Positions 50,115-64,000 of a stretch of DNA of 64,000 nt are shown one piece after another (position 1 is the first letter of the stretch; the number at the start of each line of letters is the position of its first letter). The DNA is taken from NCBI GenBank assembly GCA_000182565.2, contig KQ257470.1. One strand, given 5' to 3'. Origin of the DNA: Spizellomyces punctatus DAOM BR117 (taxonomy: Eukaryota). The notes beneath the pieces were generated by a model. It was not told where the DNA came from. It searched no databases and saw nothing but the letters and a program-made list of their open reading frames with translations. A program made the translations under genes and the position numbers.

Positions 50115-50726
50115 AATAATGTGTGCTGCCGAAATCTTGACGAGGTTACCTGGTCTCAAACTTGTAAGTGAAAGCCGACCTTGTCCACGTGCCAGTTTCT
50201 CGTAATCATGTTATAAGCAATCTGGCATCCTGTTTAACATATCGTTCGTTGAAGCACTCCAAGGCCAACGGCTATCAGATGTTGAACGATGGTATACATT
50301 AACCATCCGCCCACACCGACTACTGAACGACCCCGCACATCACGGGCACGTTCCGCAAACCAGCGACCCCCGCGCCCCCGCATCACCTCCGCACCACCCA
50401 CTAGATCGACTCCGGTGACCATCACCCATGCGATCCAATCTAGCCGCGCGACGTCAGGAAAATCTGTTCGAACAAGGCGCGATAGTGTGTTTAGTTCATG
50501 GACTTCTCGAGCGGGGAGTGCGCGGAGTGCGGGCGGGTGGTGGGAGGGTGAGGAGTGGGAAGACGGTCCGCTGGCTTGGGAGCCAAAAGTGAGAGATTTA
50601 CGGCCCAGTATTGGACAAAGTAGCAAAGAAGACGCTGACTTGGATACTTGTTAATTTAGTGCACATTTTTGGATGTCAGTGAAGCAAGGCGGGGTGCGTC
50701 CCTGCCCGATCTGGTGGGAGAACAAG

Positions 50727-53700
50727 ATGCGTACATGTCCACAAAGCTTCGCGACCAAGACGAGCAAGGTGAATGATTGTTAAATCATGCACCGGTTGAA
50801 CCTCCAAATAACACAGACAACACAGACGAAACAACTACTCAAGTCCAAACCCTCCTAAATACTCGGCCGATCTCATCCAAACACGTCGTGAGTCATCTCA
50901 GCTCTTGCACATTCTGCAAGATATATCCTAATGGATAAGATCAGCGTATAGCACAGGACATTCGTCACTCTATACCCTCCACGCCCAATCCACCCGTCTC
51001 ACGACCACCTTCAAGTCGACCCCGAACGGGAAGAACGGCACCCCGCCATGAGAGTGTCAACCACCTCCTTCGAAAATCGATACATCCAGAGACGAACGTT
51101 GATGAGCAGTCCGTTCAACGTGAGGTAAATTGGCATATCGAAACAATGCTTTGGTGGTATTTCAACGAGAATGGGAAATACAAACAGGGCCTCTACTCCC
51201 TCCTACATATGGGCCGAATCCCACCGGACGCTAATGTCTCCAAATCGCTTATAAACAAAGCTCAAGAGAAACTGGATGGAACAGCGCATTTAGATATTCC
51301 CTTGTCATACGAGTCCTGTGTGAAGGTCGCACAACCGATGCCGGTTAAGGAGGTCATTGGCAAGGTGATTAGGAGGCTTTTTCTTTGGCATTTGTTTATC
51401 CTGACTCATTGTAGGATGTGCAGCCCCCAACAACGACACCAGACGATCGAGAAACAAAAAAGGAAGCTTATCCTACTACTGAGCCTCGACCTTCTAAAGT
51501 GTCTCTGGTACCTGGTACGCAATCATCAAGCATACATCTCCACTCTCCCTTGTCTAATTGTGAAACAGCAACTCTTCCCTTGCCGGACCCATTAAACGAG
51601 ATCCACTTTGTTATCCACAAGGGACGGACAATGCAGCGTACACCAGCCTACGAAAGATTCATACGAATTCTTACGTTGGATATCCGAACAGTTGAGATGG
51701 TTATTGAAAAGCTAGAGAGCCTCTGCCAAGAGTTTCATGGTATTTATCTTTTGCATTTAGGTGAGGATCAAACAGATGTTTGGGTAACAAGCAGGCTTCT
51801 CTAGTTCTTTGGGCAGAAGTCGGAGCAAAAAATCTGTGTGATTTGGCTGGGAGACCCGTCATCTGGCCCATAAAGAAAGAGGATTTGCTCAAAAGCTTTG
51901 TTAACCGGCAAGAGGTAAGGGCAGGGTACATACTATACGTGCCATATGAATATCCTACATGAGGAACTAACTGACTCTGTCCGAAAGGTAGAGTCGCTTC
52001 TCCGAAAGCCCGGCCAACGATACCGCGGGAGAAATGGGGAAGCTGCTGCCATTACTAAACTTCAATCATGGTGGAGAAGCATTCTATGCCGGTAAAACTG
52101 AAAAATACAAGTATTAATCGGCACAACGCATGCTGATCCTTCCTACAGGCGAGACTACATTGACCGTCTAGCCCATCTCAAAGCTGCCGCAACTTTGTGG
52201 TTTTATTGGAAGATGAAAATGAAGCGTCGAATGTTATTTCTGGACGGCCAGGTGCGTACAATCCATCTTCCATGCTCGAACGCAAATCTCATACCTTGAT
52301 AGAGGAAACTCCAATTACATTACGAACAGTGCGCCCAAAGGACCCAAATTCTGCACAAGAACTGGGCAACGCAATTCAAACACCAAAGACGGTATGCATA
52401 TAGTGACTTCTTCATCTATCGCATCCCCACCCCGCAATGTCTAATATACTCCCCTCTCATAGACTCGTCATCCATATTCCATCAACTTATTCGTCACCAT
52501 CTGGTCTTCATAATGCGGAAGTCGGGAGGTAAACGTCCAAAACGATATGCCATATGCACGATTTTTCACGATGAATTAGGATAGACTCCTTGATATGCAT
52601 GATGCGACTCTCGAAGTGGTGTACATTGCGCAGACGGATGATGCCAATGTTCTAGACGAGCTGTATAAATTGCTCCGTAAGTGTTTCCTCTTAGACGGCA
52701 ACCGATGCATTGAGGAGTCTACTAAGACAGCCGCTAGATTTATCCTTCTCCCCGTCCTCGAATGTGTTCTCTAGATTGCACATCATCGCACCGGAAGCTT
52801 CACATTTGTTTCAGCCGGGAAGTTCGGTGGCAGCCATGTTGGATGCGAGTCCAAAGGCATTGAAGCAACTGCGTACGGTGATGGAGGGAAAAAAGTGTTT
52901 TTTTGTTACGGGGCGAGTAGGGGATGCCGAGGTTAGGTTATCTGCGGTATGTGTACGAGTTCCTTTTGTTTTGGAGATCTCGTTTGATGGTTTCGCTTGC
53001 GGTAGGTCTTGAACGCACCAATTCTTTCCACAATCCCAGAACCCCATAAAGATCCCTTGCCCATCTCATCCCAATGGTCGTTTCTGAAATCCATCAACGT
53101 CCCTGTACCAGAAGGCCAAGGTTTGTGTCCCATTGAGAAGCACATTGTCAAAACACCATCTCACCCACTTGTATCCAGTGCTCGAGCCGAATAATCTCGG
53201 ACAGTGGTATGAGGCATTTCGAGAGCTCTTGGTGGAGAATCTTAGTGTGAAGCGGTGGCTCGTCATGTGTAATGGGCGGGAGGGAGTCGGAGTCATCGAT
53301 ACACTCACAATAGCGACACATATGGGCCTCCCGACAACGTTCAGCGAGGCATTGGAATCTATTGTCCAAGTACCCCGGCCCAAAGACTTTATCATCAACT
53401 TGTTATCGCATGGTGGAGTCGTCCATGCTGATGTTGGGAGGGGAAGGAGGACGGTCGTGCATTGTTTCGTAGAGCCAGATGGAGAAAGCAGGGTGCTAGG
53501 AATGGGAGACGAGGTATGTGATGCATTTAACAAAATGCCGTCTTCATGAAATAACTCGGACTACCCAGATTTTTGACGAATCCACCACGCACTTACTTAC
53601 ACTCTTCCCACCCCTGTCGCCACCGCCCGAAACAGCCGTATCCCATATCCTCCAAAACTGCCACGATGCTTCTCTCAACGGTTACATAACATTAACATTC

Positions 53701-55231
53701 AACACAAACGGTTCAACATGTCAATGTGTCTCAGTCACACCCTATTATACACGCGCCGCCGCGGTCTGCCAGACATGGCTCCTGAGTACCGGGACGAGGT
53801 TTGATGGGCGTGGAAAGTATCTGTTTAATGTTTCCATAGGGCGGAGTTTGCAGTTGGAATTTTTGAGAAAGGTGGTCTGGGTTGATGTGGTGCGTTTCGG
53901 CTGTCGTGCTTGCCTGCTTCGTACCAGTGCTAAAGTGACGGATATCCGCAGGAAGGTGTTGAACGCAAAGCGGGCGTAATAACCAAAGAACAAGATGAGA
54001 GGATGGGAATATGGACTGTATTGGAACATAATCTGTTGGCTAACATGTCTCGACCGGCGTTGATGGCATCATTGAGAGAGGGAGGCATTGCGTATGATTT
54101 CAAGGTATGATTCCATCTATTCTTGTATATTCTATCAGGTCTATGACTGATGCCTACCAGTGGAGACAAGGAACCCTTTTCCCCACTGTCGATACAACCC
54201 CCAGACTCGATTCTCTTCCCATGCTGTACGTGTGATAGTTTCTGCTGTGGCGGCCCGTAAACAGAGAATCTTACATTCGAATAGGTGCTCGGGACGATCC
54301 ATGAGCGATTGCCTTGAGCTGGTGTTACGCAATCTAGTGGTTGTAGGGAGACGGGTATCATCACAGAGATTGGCGGGGAGGGGGAATTTAATGGTACGTT
54401 GCCGATGTGTGAGACATGGGGTGAGTGTTTGCTTATGGTCACTTTTGCCTTTAGGACATTGCAGAGAAAGTAGGAAAAGAACTTGAAGTCGTTCGACAAG
54501 ATACACACCTACGTGGTCGCATCTCTCCTCCCCCTTCAACCGACCCGCTCTCTAACGCACCTCCCTTGTACGCAGCACATACCACTCCACCCCCCGCACC
54601 TCAAAGCCCTCTCGAACGCTATATATCCCATCTCGTTCCACTTCCCCCCATCCCACGCCCTCCAACACCGCCAATTCCGACCCCTCCCTCCCCCGAGCTC
54701 CTATCAAAATCAATCCCCTCACACGCCCTGCAACAAGAACACTCTGACTGGAACGCCGTCAGACCTGCCTCACCCGTCATGCCTGAGCGCCTAACCGACC
54801 CAACACGCATCCCACCAGGCATGTTATCCCCTCAAATGTATTTATCCGCCCTTGAAGACCAAATGCGGAAACGGGATCAAGCGAAGCGTGACGAAGAGGA
54901 GCGGGAGGCGCTCAAAAAGCTGCGAGAGAACTTACCTGAAAAAGTAGTTACGCCCGTCAAGACCCGGTTACGTGTGACGGATTTCATGGGCATGCGAAAA
55001 ACGCAGGAACGCAAAGTGGTTTCCATGGTGGATAAACGACATGTAGCTCAAGAGTTACCAGATTTTGATACACCCATTGATTTCGCATCCCGTCGGACAT
55101 CTGTTTCCGCACCCATAGATCGAAGATTGTCCATATCACAGCGACGAAGTTCTTTCCAATCCTCTTCGTTAGTCAAAGAAGAGTCACTGGTCATGCAAGT
55201 GTTGGCTGGGCTATTCAGTGAAACGGAATAA
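50727..55231 (+). CDS. IQCH: IQ-motif-containing protein H (IQCH-like), multi-exon
   Basis: NRQEVESLLRKPGQRYRG..AAITKLQSWWR (IQ motif), VIHIPS, RLHIIAPE..SPKALKQLR..EVRLSAVLNAPIL, YDFK. Exon structure approximate. Confidence 0.75.
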
Positions 55232-56154
55232 TGTTATAGTAAATATGCATAGTAAATGTCCATTTGATGATACCCCGAATGTATACCCCTTTGATCCCTA
55301 AAAATGGAGTGCATACCCTTAACTAGCGATGGAGCACTCTTCTCAATCGTGTGTACGGCGATGATGGCCGATCGCAAACGGCGTACCGTAGATGGATGCA
55401 TAGCAATACAGGTAAGGAGCACATCTCAAGCTCCTAACACTGACAACACAGAATACTAATATATTCCAAGATAATTATTATTACAGTCGTGCTTGGATGG
55501 ATACTGTTCATACTGTCGCAGGTACGCGGATTCTCCGCTCTCGCCGTGCTTTACGTTTATAACACCGGTATCGCCTAGCTGTATCTCTCCTCTCGATGAC
55601 ATAAACGTAGTGACGTCGCCTTGTATGCATTCTGAGTTGGGGTAAGAAATCTGTAGACCACTTTGATGGAACGTTAAAGGTAACAGCTGTGAGTTGAACT
55701 AGGTGAGGATAGACGCGGCTCCGAGATGGTGCAGTTACCCAGGAAGAGGATATGCAATCGGTGCTATATATTGTCGAAAAATAAGAGTGGAACAGGTCGA
55801 TGCAATACAGTCTGGATCCTTACGAATACAGACGCCCTGCTCTCGTCCGTAGGAACGGAATTCCAAATAAGCGACTATATTCTTCCTAAGCATGGAATAC
55901 AAATCTACAAACTGGGTCGAATACAATAGAAAAGATGGACAGCAAATACGAAAATATAAATGTATATACCAGAAATAAAAATAAGCAGAGATACAATGTC
56001 GCGGTGTGTCTCTGTACAAAATGCAAAACTCTCGAGTATGCCCAACGTTAGATTGCACCATTAATCCAAGACCTCAGATCCACCCACAACCCTTTCCCAT
56101 CAATAAATGCCCATCCAATCTTCCACCACAAATAGGATTCTATATGCGTGAAAT

Positions 56155-56936
56155 CTACACCTCCGATTTGGTCTTCCACAACCCATCATTCAAAAAATGC
56201 ATCAAATCGACACCAACGCCTTTATTCACCCGTTTTCTAAAATACTAAAGTCAGTAATAACCAATCAAACACGGGATATTAGGGACAACTCACATATCGC
56301 TCGTCGACATCACCATTTTCCCGACCGCAAGCGCATGTTCCTTGCCTTCCGCCAAGATTGCTACCGGAGAATCAACGGGGAGGTCCACATCCATTCGGGC
56401 GCCGGCGGAAGTGAGACCTGGGCACATTATATTTGCCCCGCTGAGGACGAACTTGATCGCTCCGCGGTCCACCTGGACTGTTGGCATGATGTCTGGGTCT
56501 ATGGACAGTGTGAGACAGGTGGAACATATGAGGTGGATGATGACAATAACGTACATGTATGAAGGATATCTAAAAGGGGATAGTAAGGTCCGTCATGGTG
56601 GTTAAAAAACAATAGTCTCTCCCCAACCATAACGATATTTATTCTATCATGACTAAGAAAAAACACACACACATTAGCATACTTTTACACCAAAGCCATA
56701 GTGAAGTGTCGCTCACCATTTAACGAGTATGAGCGGCTCCTTTTTGGGCATGAGTTCCTCAATGTACGGGTTCAGCGATGGGTACTGCTCCAATATCGCT
56801 GCACGGATTCCGCGTTGAACAGACGATTTGACTTTGGATTTGCCAGAGACATCTTCTTTGGGTGTGAATCTGGTAATAGCAAACGTTAGTAGGGGTGAAG
56901 TAAGGGACGAATTCGGGTTGCTTACTTTTTAAACAT
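56155..56936 (-). CDS. TMA20: Translation reinitiation factor MCTS1/Tma20 (PUA domain)
   Basis: [59 protein letters not shown]. Confidence 0.95.
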
Positions 56937-57751
56937 GATGCCGGCAATGTTGCTTGTGGGGAATCCTTTCTGCAAGTCGGTCTTGAAAACGCTGGAGGAC
57001 TGTGCCACTCACTGACTGTGCCATCCAAAGTGTTCCAAAAAGCTTTTGAAAATAACGACGGACATGAATGCAGAATCCAATACAGGGCTACAGTAGCATT
57101 ACAACGATATATTGTACTTGAAGGGGTACGGACGCTTAGAATGTAGTCAAAAGACGCTACCGATATGTATTCACACAATACTTTGCTCCGTCGCCATGCG
57201 AGGACTGCTTGCTATATGGGGCCGGTTGTCACCTGGCGGTTGGGCACTCCAATGAGGGACGTTGCTTTATCGTCGGGGTGAGGCCCGGCGTGGCCCATGC
57301 TTCTTTGAGACCAAGCAATGCTTCCTTCCCAAGACGCATCCTCACAATACTTTACTCCCTCGCATGTTGTGCAGAGTCCATCTAATTTGGTGCTAGGCCG
57401 ACGTACTGAGGGCTACCAGTCGCAGCGTCACTGCACAATCAGCTGAATGAATTGAGATGTAGATCCTATGACACCATTCTTTTAGTGTTTTCTTGACATG
57501 CTCTCAAAAGATGCGCACCCGTTGCAAAGACCACTTTTTACGTTTCATTATCTCGCTTTTTGCACATGACGTGTGCTTTGCGCTGGCAAGTGCGCCGCGT
57601 TTTGTCCATGACGTGTTGTCGATTCTTGTGGAGGGCCCATCTGATGTAACCCGAGTATAAAAGGCGAACGGGGACAAAATAACTCCCCCATCTACCCAAC
57701 ACCATTGATAGTTTTTGATTTTTTATCGTTTGGTGATTGGGTATAAAAATA

Positions 57752-60700
57752 ATGTCCAGCACTGGGCAAGTGCAGATGTGTGATGAACAGACGTGTAAAG
57801 AGCGAGAGAGGGGTTATCTGCCCATCGGTAGTGTTTCTCCGCGACAAAGAAATATATCTCGGCGCCCTCTCACTCTCACTCTGCGCTGTAGAAAATTATG
57901 GCATGATTGGAAACATGCGGACCATCGCCATGTGCGGAACAGGTTGGTCACAGAGTCCAAGAAATAAGGCATGAGGATAATTGTCAACATTTGTGCTCTT
58001 TTAGACGGCTCCATCGATTTCTTCTGCTACCCTAAATTTGACAGTCCCAGCATGTAGGTTATTGCATTCATTTGGAGATTGGATGTCAACGTTTGTCGAC
58101 AACCGGTTTTCATCGATCTCATCACCTTTTAGATTTTTGCGTATTTTGGACCAGCATAAGGTGATGGGATAGCGATGCATATACCACCGCAAGCGTCGCC
58201 CGCCAACTTGCTTGGATTATATTCAGGGTGGTCATTTTCATATTTCGCCATTAGGTGAAACTCGTCACAAGCAGCAGTATCTACCCAACAGCAACATCCT
58301 GCAAACACGATTTCTGTCTGATCAAGGTAAAAGACAAGACTTTTTATCTCTAGCTCCTCGGTGTTCACTTTTATTTGATGACGGATTAGGTGTCCTGCAT
58401 GTAACGGATTACATGCATGTTCCCGCTCGCGAACCGCATCGTAAGCCGCTTTTGCATTGGCTGATTCGTCAAGTTGAATGTATGCGTGGCAGCTACCCGA
58501 CAAGAATCGAGGTGTACCCGGCGTTCGATTATGCGCGAGCAAAGCACACCACGGAAATGGTGGCAGGTTAGCTACTAGTGCCATTATTGAACGCCAGTTC
58601 TTTCTGAACCATGCCATCCATTAGAGGGTGGAGACGCTGGAACACTGCAACACCATACCGATGGTTCTGGTTCCGTGACTGGTGCCCAGCGTGTGGTCTT
58701 CACTTCTGAGAATGGTCTACAAATGGATTTGCGGCATGTTGTTCATTGTAGCGAATATGCACTTGGAATCGACCTGGCAGTGGCCGACGTGAGTCCGGAG
58801 GACGAGGTCCGGCCGGGGGAAACACGCAATGTACCTTCGATTCGCTGGAACATTGATCAGAAGAAAGAGATGCTGGGACCCGGTGTGTGGGCTGAAGTGG
58901 ACCTTCGAGAGGGCGAGCGGATCACATTTGCTTTTCGAGAGGTGCCTAAACAAACAGAGAAGGACATGCTAGTAGATCCACCGATGAGCAATGCATTGAT
59001 GGAGAGCTTGTTGAAACAAACTTTTAACTATTGGACGAGATGGATTGCGCAAAGCAAATTCTCTGGTCGATGGCGGGAGGTAGTCCATCGCAGGTGCGTG
59101 GATGTTTAAGGGTCGGTCTCATAGAATGCTCCACGACCCACGCCAATCATGAAATTATCTTCTCAGTGCTTTGGCACTAAAATTGCTCATATATGAGCCG
59201 GTAAGCTACAACGAGATCCACAACTAGGTGAAGCGGCTCAATGACAGTTACCTCCAGACAGGCGCTGTTGTCGCAGCACCTACCTTTGGTCTTCCAGAAG
59301 AGCTTGGAGGTGAAAGAAATTGGGATTACCGGTATGTTGCTCACGTACTGGGCCAATTTGACATGGTCGCTTTCCTAACCAAGAACTGTTACATGACTCA
59401 GCCTTTACGATATACGCACTGATTCGCATCGGTGCGTGATGCTCATTACCGTGCAATTCTGTCTCACGAAAGGAAAGCCAAAGCTAAAATATTTAAGCAG
59501 GGCTCACCGAGGAAGCAGAAGGGTTCATGAACTATATTGAAGCACGATGTCAAGAGTTGGTGAGTGCCCAGATCTCAGAATGTGATAGGGGTGGAGAATC
59601 GGCAAGAGCTAAACTATTTATTAGACGCCAGAGGGGGCACTTCAAGTGATGTACACGATTGGTAAATTGGGACTTGTTGCTTGAAGTGAGTAGGCGTCAC
59701 TGATGACCATCTTCCACCATAGACGGGAATCATGAGCTACCAGAAGTTACTCTTGATCACCTCGGTAAAGCTTCATCAGTTCCGCTATTTGTATATGTTG
59801 GTAGACTCTAACTTTAAATTTGTCGTTTGAATACAGAGGGTTATCGGCAGTCACGCCCAGTTCGAATCGGCAATGGCGCATACGATCACCTCCAACTTGA
59901 CATCTACGGTGAACTGCTCGACTCAGTCTATCTGTACAATAAATATCGAACTCCTGTTTCCTACGACACCTGGTGCCAAGTTAGACGTCTTGTCAATTAC
60001 GTGTGCAAGAACTGGATGAAGGAGGACATGAGTATATGGGAAGTGCGAGGAATGAAGAGAAACTTTCTATACAGGTTCGCTCAATCGGTGACCCTTGGCG
60101 AGCACGAATTTGTTATATTGATAAGCCAATTCGCCCTCTTGAACCATGTAGCAAGATTATGTGCTGGGTGGCGGTTGATAGAGGTAACTTGACCTTGTCA
60201 TCTTCACATGCCCATGCATGTCCTTATTTTGTCCATTGGCAACAGGCCTACGACTTGCCGAGAAGCGTAGTCTCCCTTGTCCTGACAGGCTACAGTGGCT
60301 GGTGACTCGCGACCAGATCTATGGTGCGTTCATATGGCGGTCGCCCCTGAGATCATGCTGCTAATAGATTAACTGTAGAGGCCATTATGACGAATGGGTG
60401 GTCAGAGAAGCGGAAATGCTTCATTCAATCATTCGAAGCTCAAGAAGATGCTACATTGGATGCTGCTGTTCTGATAATGCCATTGTGCTTCTTTATTAGG
60501 TAAAACTCATGTCTGTGTAAAAGTCGGATATGATATAGTTGCATTTTGTCTGACCATTGATTCTCGTACCATAGCCCCAGTGATCCGCGAATGTTGAGCA
60601 CAATTCGGCAAATTATGCTGCCACCTGAAAAAGGTACAGTAGTCAAGGCGTCATTGATGCCTCTTATATGGGCTTACAGGATCTCTACGTAGGTGGACTG

Positions 60701-61214
60701 TTGGCTAACAACCTGGTATACCGATATGACCACCACATGTTTGATGACGGACTCTCTGGAGGGGATGAAGGAAGTTTCAGCATGTGTAAGTGGGCACATC
60801 AGCAAATGGCTGCAGGCGCTTGTAAGTTTGTTTCGACAGCGCAGTGCAAAAATGATGCTTTTGCGTTCCTCTAATCAAGAGTTTTGCGTAACTCTATCTT
60901 CCCTTCATTTTTAGGTACGTTTTGGCTGGTTGAGGCTCTCACACGTGCTGGCCAGCATCATCCCGAGCTGTTGCAAAGAGCTATCGTAATGTTTGAACAG
61001 GTAGGTTCATGTCGCCATGTTGGGCCCCTTCCAAACATCAAGGGTCATACTTTCTACGTAGATGATTGCATACGGGAATCACCTCACACTTTTTAGCGAA
61101 GAAATCGCAAGGAGTGGTGAAATGCTTGGAAACTTTCCGCAGGCTTTCACTCACATTGCGCTCATGAGCGCTGCATTCAATTTGGACAGGGTATTGTCTG
61201 GATATAAGTTCTAG
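57752..61214 (+). CDS. Glycoside hydrolase family 15 (glucoamylase/trehalase-like); possible lesion near 59385
   Basis: [84 protein letters not shown]. Many introns. Confidence 0.92.
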
Positions 61215-61259
61215 TACAGCTTAGGGTTACTATTGCGCGTTTTCAATTTCTGGGAAACC

Positions 61260-61348
61260 TACAGAGAGCTATACTAGTGTATTGGCAATAACAAATGTCA
61301 CAACACAATACACCAGGGAATAAACCAGCGACAACCAGCCCGGAAAAG
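61260..61348 (-). ncRNA. Putative omega-RNA: 74-nt scaffold (61348-61275) plus guide GTATAGCTCTCTGTA
   Basis: Scaffold CTTTTCCGGGCTGGTTGTCGCTGGTTTATTCCCTGGTGTATTGTGTTGTGACATTTGTTATTGCCAATACACTA. Same length as copy 1. Stem 1 is kept through G-U pairs. Confidence 0.7.
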
Positions 61349-61930
61349 CCAAGTAAGTCCCTCCTTACAACCAACTACTGCTACTAGGCTCAATTACACA
61401 TGCAATACATTACGGTTGTTCTAACCGGGTAACTAAGCCCACCACCACGAGAGAAATCTTACTAAGCCCTTGATTCCGAGATTCTTTGGTCGGAGGATGT
61501 TCAGATACTAAGGTAGATCAGAATAATTAGACTGGATAATCCGCGTGGGAAAATACAAAGATAATGCATACCTGCGATCGTTGCAGCATAGTAGTAGCAG
61601 CGTTTGCAAGGGGTTCTGATTGCTGTTGCTGTCGGGCGGACGAGGTCCTCGGCACCAGAGCGGCATTCTCATGATGGACTTGAGAGTGTTGCTTGAATGT
61701 TGCGCAGATGCTTGCAAGTCGAGGGTAAAGAAACAAGAGGGAAGAGGGAGCAGGTCCCCTTTTATAGACCTTCAGCATGCACCTCACCGCAGTTTTAAAA
61801 AAAAGTTACATTATATTAGCATGCCACACCGATATGAGTGATAGATGGGGGGTGCTGATTATGCGATATGATTAACTGGATTAATCCGGATAATAATGGG
61901 TCCTAGTGCCATATTCAATCACCTCCACAG
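61277..61930 (-). mobile_element. Non-autonomous TIR element, Fanzor1 ghost-like, copy 3
   Basis: Minus-strand left end CTGTGGAGGTGATTGAATATGGCACTAGG is preceded by CATA (61934-31). TA at 61275-76. Interior is near-identical to copy 2 and the 3' end is collinear with copy 1. Confidence 0.9.
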
Positions 61931-62018
61931 TATGTACTGATTGTATACTGTGTAAACTGTGCATTTGTAAATATTCGCCTTTTACTATCTTCTATCTGAC
62001 TACCTAACTTAATAGTCC

Positions 62019-63819
<1,801 letters not shown>

Positions 63820-64000
63820 ATTTGTGTCCAGTTGTTGCCGTGTCCTGCAGTTGATGCAACGTGTGCACTTTTACCTATAAAGCGCTGCGTAAGTCAATAC
63901 TTGTGGACACTGGTCGATAAGCTTATTGGGGAACAAGTGCTCCGCAGGCTTCGAGAAGCGGAGCGAACGCAAGATAGATTACGTTAGCAAGAAATGAAAT

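Noticed and set aside
55551-55610. Inverted repeat TACGTTTAT/ATAAACGTA in the IQCH-TMA20 intergenic region
   Set aside because: A single 9-bp AT-rich stem without supporting structure or box motifs.

Overview
Intron-rich eukaryotic DNA, most likely from a zoosporic fungus. Chytrid, probably Spizellomycetales, is inferred from the IQCH, vinculin-tail, DDX21 and SPRTN homologues and from the repeat family. The window holds about 20 host genes: an ABCB transporter, an SH3 membrane protein, OLA1, a Pcl-type cyclin, CBS-PB1, a mitochondrial phosphate carrier, SPRTN, zf-PARP, Mis12, DDX21, YVH1, IQCH, TMA20, GH15, an AGC-like kinase and others, plus an intron-containing tRNA-His. The main discovery is three copies of a 650-730 bp non-autonomous element (6336-7051 +, 43020-43752 +, 61277-61930 -). 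Each has imperfect ~28-30 bp TIRs, a TA duplication, CATA/CTTA immediately 5', and a structured 3' end ending in CACTA that resembles the omega-RNA scaffold of the RNA-guided nuclease Fanzor1 (SpuFz1). These look like Fanzor 'ghost' loci, each with a different flank-derived guide. One copy carries a different, ~180-nt scaffold. No Fanzor ORF is visible in the window. Also present: a decayed intron-containing tyrosine recombinase (~8.0-10.1 kb) and two highly base-paired non-coding segments (the DDX21 5'-UTR intron and ~57.2-57.5 kb). Exon boundaries and RNA folds were read by eye, and family assignments come from recalled motifs, not database searches.
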